Shown here: piece by piece, positions 52,534 to 64,000 of the stretch | How the letters are laid out: the number at the start of each line of letters is the position of its first letter | How positions within the stretch are numbered: the first letter of the stretch is position 1 | Notes under the pieces: model-generated | Databases searched by the model: none | What the model was told of the DNA's origin: nothing | Seen by the model: the letters and a program-made list of their open reading frames with translations, nothing else | Assembly: GCA_964106645.2 (NCBI GenBank) | Contig: OZ067047.1 | Length of the DNA: 64,000 bases | Direction: 5' to 3' (one strand) | From: Podarcis pityusensis | Taxonomy: Eukaryota | Translations under genes and position numbers: made by a program

Positions 52534-55500
52534 TTATTTCATTTATTTATATTCCACTAAAACCAAAATAGGCTTCTAAGCATTTAACAAATATAAAACC
52601 CCATTACATACATACAATAAAATGTAACCATTCACAATGAAAATATACAATATAACAATTCCATTCAAACAGCACAGTATAGTAATTAAAACAGGAGATT
52701 CAAGTCAAGAGATCAAGGGAATACCTATATAAAACAGATACATCTTCAATAGGTCACAGAATGCCAGTATAGATGGGGGGGGGGTGTCTCTCAAGTTTCA
52801 GCATGCAATGCATTCCATAATATTGGGGCCATCACTGAAAAAGCCCATTTCTGTGTCACAAGTCAATGAGTCATGGCAAGATTAAGATCAACCAATGGAA
52901 CCTGAAAAATGTCCTTGCCAGACAATGGAGGGGAAGTCACTGCCTCCCGTAACCTGGTTGAGAGTTGTTTATGGCTTTATATGTAAATAGCAAGACCTTA
53001 AAACCAGTCACTAATAAGCAGCTAGTGGGGACCTGTTAGCATGGGTGTTCAGAAAGGGTGTTCAATATTTGATGAATGTATTATTGGATTGAAAAATATA
53101 ACATTGTTCCAGTTTTAAAAGTTGGGTGCAGTTTAGTCAATTAAATAAATCTCAACCATTTGAAGTATATACTTTAATTTCCGTGTTGATATTAATGGGA
53201 ATTACAAAAGTTTAACATTGGTGGGATAGTGGCCATTGTTCCTTGTATAGTTGGAAAATACAATGTCCTGGCAACAAAAGCAATGCATTAAGGGGAAACA
53301 CACAGATAGTGCACACAGCATGTGAAAAGCAAAGTGCAGATTTTATTTTTCATTTTAATAAATCAGTGTTTTTCACCAGAAACATTATCATGACTTGGCC
53401 TAATATAAGACAGTACAACTGTCTGATTTTGAAAACCCCACACCTTGCAAAATCAGGAACTGGAATTACTGTGCATAGTAGGTGGCTTAGACCATCTCAA
53501 ACCAATGCGGGTGGAGGGGGTGTCAAAAGTGCAGAGAATATCAAAAGAAAGAAGAGGAGGAAGAGTACACAAAACCTTTAAAACTAAATCACTGTTAAGG
53601 GTTAATATCACAAAATGGAAACACAGAGCAAGTCTGAAGGCAGCCAAAGGAGATGTGCTGTATAGTATTACATCTACTACCAGATGAACTAAGAAGGCAG
53701 GCACTCCTTCCTAATAGAGAGGAATCTCTTTCTGATACCCTTGGGCACAGAAGCATAAGAGATGAAGCCTGGGAACGCAGGAAATCTGGGGCTGGAGTAA
53801 GGCCAGGCTGCCTGTCCAATTCTGCCTCCTACTCTGAATTGGCACTTGGATCTCACAAAGTTTCCCTCTTCATATACTATTCCAATTTCTTCGACAGAAG
53901 AAATGAAAACCTGCTTTCATTAATTGTTGGCACATTTACTTCCATGTTCCACATACTTTCCCCCCCTTTTAAAATCACATTAATTTTCTCAGTACCAAAT
54001 TCTTAAATTTCTCTACGTACAGCTTTGCTTTCTCTCTCTTTTTGCAGCTTAGCCCCTTGGTTACTGAAAAAGAAACTCACCTTAGTTTGACATGAACTAC
54101 ATAAGCTGACATATATGCACAGAGCATATGTATGCACTGATGAGATATGCATATGATATTCAAAAAGGATGGCAACTGGCAACCTGGGAGTGTGATCAGT
54201 CCCACAAAGCAACTTAGTCTAGTTCTTGGAAGTGTTTATCAGAATGATTAGCCCTATCTCTGCTGGAATGATAGACAAGTTCCTACACATATTTTCCTGG
54301 TTGAATGGAGAATTAATATGCAACTGAATGTATTCCCAAACCCAACAAAGGAGCCAGAAATGTGTGTGTAGCCCAGTAAACAATGCTGGAATTCTGCAAA
54401 TCACCTGTTGAGGAGAGGGTGCAGGGGGCTGGATTCAACTCCTACTTTCCCACTCAAAAGTTGGTTGGCAGGAATTCAGCTTTTCTTTACTTTCCAGTCA
54501 GGTTATAGATACACAGGCTCAGCAATTCCACATATAGGTTACTGGATTAGGACCCTTGACAGTATATTTAAAGTGTTGAAAAGAAGCAAGGTTATATCTT
54601 CCTTTTTCCTTCATAGTTTGACATTTGAGGAGCTGTCACTTAAGCTGCAATCCTATGCATACTTACCTGAGAGAAGTAGGCCCCACTAAGATTTTCCTGC
54701 CGAATATGCATTATGCAACTTGTGCTAATCACCTATTCAACCCTATTTCAACCCCCCCCCCAAAAAAAATAAGGCTGCTCATTGCATGGGAATCTGAACA
54801 AATGTAAAAGTTAAACAGAAAAGGTATCTATGAACATACACACAATTCAATAAGTTGGAGTTGGACAATGCAGAGGTGCACTTTGAATGCTAAAATGGCA
54901 TACCTGAAATAGAAAGTGAAAAGGGAAGGGCAAATCCCAGGGCCAGAGAAATGCAAGATGCACACATTGCCACATTTTTATGCCAGGAGTTATCTTAAGT
55001 ATTATACAACCTTAATCAAACAGAAGAATATGTGGACAGGTCACAGGCTACTTGGTCTCATTTTATCCTCTCTTAAGGTACAAGTTGCCCTGGGTCAGAT
55101 TTGGCATGTGTGAGTATTTATTGGAATCGAAAAAAATACAAAAGAGCTGGGATTTCATTCATAAACAAGAATAAAATCTACAGACAGAACCTGTAAAAAT
55201 CATGCCTGGAATCTGGATTATGTTAAACAAATGGTTGAGTACTGCACAACTATTGTGCCAAACATCTGTACTTGTAGAAAATGTTCATTTTATCATGATA
55301 TTGAAAGCACTACTGTATGATTCCACAGAACACATTATCAGCACACCAGACCATGTCACTGCCACACACCCACTGCTTAGAGGTAAAAGTAATTTTACAA
55401 GTATTTAACCTGCAGTGTGGATATTTTAAAAGCCCAAATTTGGAATAGTCAATTCATTCCAGTAGTTTGCACTGTGTTTTTGGTTGAAACTAGTGGATTT

Positions 55501-57283
55501 CCAGAACGCATCCCACAACCAAAGCAGCTCCATACCTTTTTTACGTAACTGGCTTTGCAACACTCCAATACACAGAGGCCAGGATAGGTGTCTGGAAGGG
55601 TGCTGGAGAACACAACTAGACAAAGGTACCCTCAGGCAGAACAGGATCTCAGAAGCTTTCCAATGAAGTTTTCCCCTTGCTGTAGAAGTTCACCACCTGA
55701 CTTTGTCTTCTACCATTCACAGTGCACCTCGCTAAAACTAGAAGACTCCACCTCCCATCTTCTATAATTGCTGGTCATCTAGACTTTACATAACCACCAA
55801 GGAAACACCCTCAACAGATGTACAAAGTTCCCCTCACCACACACACTGGCCTGCCATCAACTATAGGAGAACAAAACAGACTGCAGGCCAGGAGCACTGA
55901 AGATGCAAAAGACTAGGACTAGACACAAATGCAAGATAAACAATAGTGTGGCAATTTAAAGGGGTTTAGGCCAAGTTGTCTGTAAAATGGTAAAGCAGCG
56001 TGTTTTCTGGACTTGCACCATTATAGGCTGCAGTTCTAGCCTCATAGGATTAAACCCTCCTCCATATAAAAAATCCACACAGCAAAAAAAAAAAGGTCTG
56101 GTGGAAGGGTTCTACCTCAACTGGTCTCCTATCTGCCGAGCTATTTTTGTATAGAGGAGCATTCAGAGACTCGCAGTCCAAACTGGAACAGCATAAGCAT
56201 AGGTTTGTCACCTCACTGAGTACTAAGTTCAACTGGTTTATTGTTGTGTGAGCTTTTTGTAGGCAAGAGTATACACAGGAGCATAAGTGGGAGAGGTATG
56301 AAGACCCTAATATCATGTACCACCCCAATAACTTCAATAACAAATCAAGGCTACTTGTTATTCCTGTTTAGGAAAGATGGTTCCACCTGCAGCACATAGA
56401 TGCATCAAGAATAGTTACATTCCCACACGGAGTGTTAACCACATGGTTTATAATTAGGTCAATTAGTCAAGAATACAAATACACCTGTCTAGGCAGATTA
56501 TAGATATAAAATACACACACGTGTGTACATGTATGTATGCATGTGCTATATCTATCTATCCTCTATGAGACTAGGTGTTAATATGTCTGCATTATGTATT
56601 TGTGTGAAATAAGAAGCTGCATAAATACAAGTGCGGCAAAAAAGAACAGCAGTATGTTGGGAATATGAGAACTTGCATTGTTAAGCCACATGTCCCATAG
56701 TCTGACCTTCTATAAGCCACCTAGAGAATGTAAATTTAATAAACAATAATAATATCACTTGAACTTAATAATGGTAAATACAGGCCAATAATAGAGGTAT
56801 ATATTGAACCCCAGTCTGATTTACAGTCAACATCCACTTAGCCTTGTGTGGTTGAGTTACTGTGGTACACTTTACATGTGGCCAGCACTACAAACAGATG
56901 CATTTCCTTTTTGCAACACAATGGATTAGGACCAAACTACGCATGATGCAGGATAACTGTGACTGGAACTCCCAGCATATTTCTTCAAGTTCAAAAACAG
57001 CTGTGACTACAATGGAAAGGCTAGATTGTGGTAGTGGAACTGGGGAAAAGAGTGTGCTTAACCTTTCCCTTTGCGCCATTTTCCTGATCAAAAGATCCCA
57101 ATCATGAATCAATTCCCTCACTTCTGGCTGCTCCTTTTAGGCTCTAAAAAGAGGCAGGACTCCAGATCCTGTTAAAACTTGATGAGCTAAAGTTGGCTTC
57201 AAGAACAGTGTCATCGGCCCTGGCTTCATGTGGCCACTACCTGTTAACAAATGGAACTGTCTTCAACAGAGGCAACTGAGACA

Positions 57284-57780
57284 TTGAATTGTAGAGTTGA
57301 AAGAGATCTTGAGGGTCATCTAGCCCCACCCCTGCAATCCAGGAATCTCAACTAAAGCATCCATGACAGATGGCCATCCAACATCTGCTTAAAAACCTCC
57401 TTGGAAGGTGAGTCCATTACCTTCCAAGGGAGTCTGTTCCACTGTCGAACAGCTCTTACCATCAAAGCTCCTCCTGATGTTCAGTCACAATCTCCTTTCT
57501 TGTAATTTGAAGCTACTGGTTTGGGTCCTAGCCTCTGAACAAGCTTGCTCCATCTTCCAGCCCTTCTGATATTAGAAGATAGCCATATCTCCTCTTCCCC
57601 AGGCTAAACATCCCCAGGTCCCTCAACAGTTCCTCATAAGGCTTGGTTCCCAGTCCCTGTATCACCTTGGTCAGCCTCACCCTCCTCTGCACACATTCCA
57701 GCTTGTTAATATTCTTAAATTGTGGTGCTCATACCTGGACACAATATTCCAGGTGGAGTCTGACCAAGGCAGGATACAAC
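57284..57780 (-). mobile_element. CR1 LINE 3' fragment
   Basis: gaattgtagagttg...gagggtcatctag...ctgcttaaaaacctcc...ctggacacaatattccaggtg; the reverse complement matches CR1 ORF2 end and 3'UTR as recalled. Confidence 0.8.
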
Positions 57781-59169
57781 CCCCCAGCTGGCAGGAGTTC
57801 TCCAAGGCCTCACACAGAGAACTCTCTCTGTCATGTCACCCAAGAGCCTTTTAACCCAGACATGCCAGGGGGTCACTGTCTCCTCTGGCTCAGTTTGACT
57901 TCCAGTGTGTGAACACAATACATTTAAAGAAAACAGTAAATTGCTTGGCAAGATCCGAGCAAAGGCTCATCTAGTCCACACAGATGCCTCTTATACACCC
58001 ACAGAAAGGGCACAAAGACAAGCATAATCTCTCATCAAATGCATCCAGCAGCTGATTCAGCAGCTGTTTTGGACCATGACTCTCATCTGCCCCTTTGCAG
58101 TCCAAAACATCTAGAAGACACCAGGTTGCCAAAGACTTTAAGAGCTGAACTCCGCCTCTGAGATTTCATTACAAACAAATTGAGAGCCTCACTTTCCAAG
58201 GTTATCTTGCCAATGACAGGCCATAAAGTACAGGTGATGAGAGAAGAGTAATTTAAAGAGAGACTTAAAAGCACCTTCCCTCCACAGTGTCTTGAGAGGA
58301 TCAGTGCCACAAGCATCCCTTACAGGTTCTGAAGAAAACAGCAGCTGCCCTCCCGAGGTTGTGAGCAGCTCCTACCTACCCATGAGGCACTCAGTCTCCA
58401 CCTCGTTAAAAGTACTGTAAAGTGCTCAGCGACCACCCAAAGTGCCCTGCATTGGGATGCGGCTGTGCAGGGCAAATTGTTCACCCTGGAGTCTGGGGCT
58501 CCACCAGGCAGGCTGAAGGGAAGCCCCAGCAGCAGCAGAGTAGTCCGAGAGCTCACTCAGCTATCCTCTACCTGACAGGATGGCAAAGCACCCAAGACCA
58601 GTAAATGTACCAGGGAAAAAGACAGCTGGAGGTTGTAAAACAAGTTACGAGAAAGTTGGTTTTCCTTTGGTGGATGAATACTCCAAAGGCTGTGAGTGAA
58701 GAGAAGGGATATTTTCTTCACTCTCAACATTGCAATCCGGTTTGTTTTCTTGCTTGGAAGCTTCCCCAGTCCTCCCCATCCACCAGCAATCCCTGAAACC
58801 CGTCAACAAAAGCAGGATTTGGAGACTGCTCCTGTGTAAGTTTCCTACAGACTTGAGACTGCGATCCTAGTCACCCCAGAGTAGACAGGGTTAAGATAGC
58901 ACTGTACACCCCCCCCCCCCCAGTACAGTGGAGCTACTCTCAAGGGAAAGTGCTGCCTTAAAAGAATAGATGTTGCTGGAGCTCAAACCTGCCAGACTGT
59001 CAGGCAGATGCACCCTCCCTCTTGCAAAAACTTCCCCCTAGTTTAGTCACCCTCCATAAGGATGCCGGACTGCAGCTGCCAATAATCATTCCTGATCATT
59101 GGCTACGCTGGCTGGGGCCGATGGGCGTTGGAGCCCAACAACATCTGGAGGGGCACAGGTTACCCACCC

Positions 59170-60560
59170 TGGTTCGAGCAGTGTGGCGACCAGCCCTCGG
59201 CAACAAAAGCGCGCTGCGCCCGCTCGCCAAGACGCTCTTTCCTTGCTACTCAAAAAAGGTAGAACTCTCCTCCTCCGCTTGAAGCAGGGCTAAATTCCGG
59301 CCCGGGCCGAGACACCAACCAGGACCAGCTTTTTAAGGCGTCTCCGCAGGAGTTAAGTCCCGCCGAGTCCAGTGGGACCCCCGGCCAGCGCGCCAAGAGC
59401 CACAGCCAGCGCAAAGCCCGCCCTCCGCCACAAGCCCGCTCCTTGTCCGGCCGCGGCGGCGAGGCGCTTCACCCCGGTCCTGCCCAGGGGAGCCGGGACA
59501 CGTGTTTGCGTCTCCTTAGGGCAAGAACGCGTGAAGGCGGGTTCTGAGGGAGAGGGAACTTTGTTTCAGCGAAAAATAGCAATGCGCGCACACTTCCCTC
59601 CCCACAACTCCCAGTCAGGGAGGCCAGGCGCCGGGGCTCTTCGGACTGGGCTCCTTCCTTCTTCCCCTCTCCGGCGCCCCGGCGGTGACAAGAGCGCCTG
59701 CCCGGGCCCTCCGGCGCTCGCCCTGCGAGGGGCGCCCCCTACCTGCATCTCCGCGCTTTCCAACCCCGCGACGTCGACGGCTGCGGCAAGTTTGCCTCTC
59801 GGTGTGTGTATGCGAGTGGGTGTTCTCCTCGCCCCGCTCGAGTTAGTCCCGGCGCTGCGCAGGCAGCAGGTGAGTCGCCCTTTGGCAGCGCGGAAGGCGC
59901 CGGGCCAGGCAAGGTCAGCTCGGGAGCCACCGGGGACGCGCCCCCGCGCTTCTCTCCAAAGGGCTGGATGCGCCCCTCTCCGCTCGCGCGCTTCTGGCTG
60001 GCTGGCCGGCTGCAGCAGCAACAGGGGCAATAGGCATCCACCGTCGCCGACGCTCCCTCCCTCCCTCCTGCCCGCGGCGGGCGGCTGGCTGGCTGGCGCT
60101 CTCGCTTTCTTTCGGGCTGCTGCTGCAGAAGGGATTTTGCACCAGACAACTTTTAGGCCGGTAGGAGTTTTGACTACAGCGGCGACACTAGCAGCAGCAA
60201 GACGGCGCCGACTGTAGTGCAAAGGGTCGGAGCAAGGCGAGCCGAACCGATCCCGGGGGCTCAGGCAGCAACCTCCGCCCCGCCTCCCCCCACGCCCCGC
60301 GCCCGCCTCTCCCTCCCTCCCAAGCACCCCCCCCGCCTACCCGCCCCGCGCGGCAGCAGCGCCGGCGATGGGCACCACCCCGGGGCAATCCCCTTCAACC
60401 CGCCCCCTCGCGACACACACCGTGTATATAGCCCTCGCTGTCATCCTGTCTCATCCAAACGCAGCCCGAGTCACCCCTCCTCGCCACTTTAGATTGCCAC
60501 CCTTCTTGCTGGCGTGGCGACACTGCTGTCCCGTGAGGAACTTCATTGACCTTCCTTTTC
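59170..60560 (-). promoter_or_regulatory. CpG-island promoter / first exon, probably a distal WNT5B promoter
   Basis: ~1.4 kb CpG island; GC boxes at ~60275-60350; TATA-like element at 60425-60430; minus-strand donor at 59742; WNT5B assignment rests on synteny only. Confidence 0.6.
59743..59748 (-). CDS. Putative 2-codon coding end (Met-Gln) of a first exon, candidate long WNT5B isoform
   Basis: Minus strand gcggagATGCAG|GTAGGG; parallels the 2-codon (MK) first coding exon of WNT5A-long as recalled. Confidence 0.4.
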
Positions 60561-63221
60561 ATTAAAGCCCTGACCCCTTCGCTCTCCCCAGTCTTCCCTA
60601 CTAATCTCCTCTCCTTCCGTGGAGCACCCCCTCTTCCTGCTGCCTCATTCCCAACTCTCCAAGATTCCCCCTAGCCTGGAGCTTGCTCCTGTTCTCACAT
60701 ATACTTGACATTCTTTCCTCCCCAACAGATTAAACTAGCACACTCTCAACACCACTGAGTTCCCCACTACCACCTGACCCCACCACTTGTCCCTTCCACT
60801 AACATACCATCCAATCCATCACCAGGACACATCTCACCACCACCACCACCGCCCCCCACATGAGTCCCTTGATGCAGACACATGCTAAAAGTTGACACTC
60901 AGTGCCTTTCACCCCTAGTTCCTCCCTGTTGTAGACTCAGCTGCTTCAGAGGAGCAAAAGGCAGATGAACTGCTCTTTCACTTCCCATGCGCGCGCACAC
61001 ACTGCTGTAGAGCTTTGCAGTGCCTTCAACTCCTTTGGAAAAGCAGGCGTCTGCAGTCCAACAATATTCACTTCATAGGATCAGATATGCAGGCTCTTAA
61101 AAACTGACTTGGGAGGCTTCAACAGTTTCAGGAACTGGGAATCCATGATCTGGGATGGGATGAGATGGGAATGAAAGAATGGAGCTCTAGCAGATGGTGA
61201 CAATGCTTTTGTGGCACCATAAATGAGCGCAGAAAGAAGGAACGCCATGGTACAGCTGCATCAACACAACTGGACGCCTTCATGTGCCTCAGCTGCAACA
61301 AACTATGTCTTTCTCATATCTCTTTCTACAGCCACAGCAGGTGCTGTAACTCTCCAATGGTTTGACTTTACCCCTGAAGGCGCACTCTTTCATTGTCTCC
61401 AGAGACAAACAGATGCTAACCAAAGACGTACGAATTTATTGTGGCATAAGCTTTTGTGGATATTACCTATAAGTTGACATGGAGATGTGTGGGCGGTAGA
61501 TAGGATTGTATGAAATGGCGTCAAATGGCAATGAAATGTCTGTGGCAATTCAATCAAAGCTTAAACATACACAGAATAAATACGTTAGCTACTCATTACA
61601 GCAGTAATTGAGGATAAACACAAGCACTCCAGTATCCCTAGTGTTTAACGCTGTCAAGCAGTGTCCCTAGCAAAGGAATTGCCCATTTTGAAGCTGGGAT
61701 TGTAATACAAATATTTTAGGTGGAAGAATATCTTTGCCTACCTGCCTACAAATGAGAAACTACAATGATAAAGGAGCAGGAATTTCAATGCCTGTCAACC
61801 TAATATTAAGAACATAAACATAAGAAGAGCCTGTGGGATCAGGCCAATGGCCCATTCAGTCCCGTGTCCTGTTCTCACAGTGGCCAACCACTGGGAAACC
61901 CATTGCCTCTGGGAAACCCGCAAGCAGAATCTGAGTACAAGAGTACTCTCCCTTTGTGTGGTCTCTATTAAGCAAAGTTAAATGACTAAGTTGTGCTATG
62001 CCAGCTAACTCTTGCAACCTCAATCAGAAGTACCGTAAGTACCCCTGAGTTTAATGAGCCTTACCTCACTTATGGATAAGATTGTCAGTGGCATCAGTTT
62101 GTATGCTGTGCATTTCTGTTCAGATCTCACTTGCCACTGATTTTTTGTCTGGTATCAATGACTATCTTTAAGTAAGCTTGTAAAATATAAGCAGAGCACA
62201 TCTATTACCATGTGTGGGCCCCACTGTAGTAGAAGCAGATGTTTCCTTGCACTCCTGCCCATGTGTTCCCCACTGTATTGTGAGTGTGAATTTTGACACT
62301 AGCATTCTTTTCTATGGACATTCATGTGTTTTGCAGCTTGAATTCCTGGCAGTGACTCCTGTGGCACTGTATCAGTTTTCATCCAAGTACTTCAACTTAC
62401 CTAGATGGTGGATAGGAATTGTATTTGTTTTCTCATTGCTCCAACAAGCATTATTGATCTCACATGATGCTGGTGCCACAAACACTCATCAAAAGTGTCC
62501 CAAGAGGATTTTGCCCACCATTGATACCCTAGGACTTAACATTCCCCTTTGCTGGGGAAAGAAACATGACACTGCCTGAAGCAGGGATTGCCAAATTTAA
62601 AGGAGAAGCACCAGCCAAATTGCATGGAACCGCAGTTGCACCAATACTTGCAAATTGCTCCAGCCAAATTGCACTGGTTCCAGTTCTGTAGTTCAGATAT
62701 ATTGCCTGAAGATGGAACTGGAATGCCAATACAATACACAAACAAATACACGTATCTTTGATTAGGGGACACTGATCAGTCTATCCTCTTGGGCTGACTG
62801 GGAAGTATCTGTTCCCTTCCTCATGTGTGTGACAAGAAGAATGCTGTCCTAAGAACACCTGCAGGAAAGTATACTATTGAATTAGTAGCACTTGCTTTCT
62901 GGTAAATTATCAGAGACATACTGTGGCTATATCTAGAAATCCACCAGTATAAGGCATACAGTGCTGGACTCTAGACAAATAACTTCAATCTATGCCTCAA
63001 GAACGTACACATAAGAGCCAACATGAATACCAAAAGAGTAGCACATGGAAGCAATGAGGCAATACACTGGGCAGTTGACGAGCCGATCCGTTCATTTTAT
63101 TGTCTCTCTGACAATAGTAATCTGCTTTTCAAGACCTAGCTTGGGCGTCTGCATTCTGGCACATGTACTGTGAAACATTTCCATAAAGCAAGAAGAGTTT
63201 GGAGAGGGAACTCCCCTGATT

Positions 63222-63222
<1 letters not shown>

Positions 63223-63300
<78 letters not shown>
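63223..63300. repeat. (TA)n(GA)n compound microsatellite
   Basis: Read directly. Confidence 0.95.
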
Positions 63301-63304
<4 letters not shown>

Positions 63305-64000
63305 TATAGTAAAATGCATGAAAGGGAAGAACACCAAGCACTGGGCAGGATGCCGAACTCTAGTGGTGCCAGGATTTACACAGTGAAAACAACAATCTAT
63401 GCTCAAGTGCAGTGATTAACAATACAGCTAGCCAACCCTGTCCTTGCCTCCATATCTGCTCCTCTGTGTAGATAGTTCCTGAGGAGGTTACACATAAAAA
63501 GCACCCTGATCCATGGGTTCCATAATTTGATACCAGCCTCTCAGGTCTTAAAAGAGGCAACCAGGTGTCAAATTCAACAGAAAAATATATTTATTGTGCA
63601 TATATCAAAACCTCAGGCCATCATGATAATCAAATCATCCCTATAGGCTACTGGTCTTCAGTTGGCGGGTTGGGTCACAGCCTGATCCAAGGTGGGTCAC
63701 AACAGGAGCACTACCAGCATGCGAACATATGGGAAGAGGTTATATTTATGTTTGTTCCCTAGCTATACCTGAATTTCCAATTCATCTTTCTTTATTATTA
63801 TGAAAAGTGTGTAAATGATTCACTCAGGTCCTACTTGAAGGTTCCCATGGGCATCTGGCTGACCACTGTAAGAACAAGAGGATGGGCTAGATGGCCTGAT
63901 CCAGCAAGGCTATTCTTATATTATAGTGTCCAAGACTTAAAAAGAGAATTATACTTATAGATATTTACAGATGTGAAAACAGCCCCCATACCCCCATATA

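Noticed and set aside
59372-60327. 281-aa (+) and 253-aa (-) ORFs
   Set aside because: CpG-island artefacts with non-ATG starts and low complexity
1-64000. CRISPR array or prokaryotic defence system
   Set aside because: Vertebrate DNA; the recurring motifs are dispersed MITEs, not regularly spaced repeat-spacer arrays

Overview
Vertebrate genomic DNA, almost certainly a squamate and probably a lacertid lizard, judging by a full-length Sauria-type SINE, Squam3-like SINEs, an RTE/BovB-like LINE end and many hAT/Tc1-mariner MITEs. The only intact, recognisable protein-coding gene is FBXL14 (+, 11193-12395, 400 aa, intronless CDS inside a CpG island, ~2.2 kb 3'UTR). A second large CpG island at ~59.2-60.6 kb looks like a minus-strand promoter/first exon ending ATG-CAG|GTAGGG. 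By synteny (ERC1-FBXL14-WNT5B) this is probably a distal WNT5B exon 1, which would make most of the window one large intron with FBXL14 nested antisense in it. That is inference: no WNT coding exon is in the window. The least explained feature is a ~2.3 kb stretch (16.5-18.8 kb) that looks like a decayed, unidentified protein-coding sequence. It carries a 34-codon repeat whose two copies differ mainly at third codon positions, and a young SINE interrupts it. Other notable items are an orphan CpG island (28.7-29.5 kb), an AP-1/TEAD/ETS motif cluster (39.6-39.8 kb) and a 780-bp solo LTR with an acidic/basic ORF (47523-48302). No CRISPR, rRNA or genuine tRNA genes were seen.
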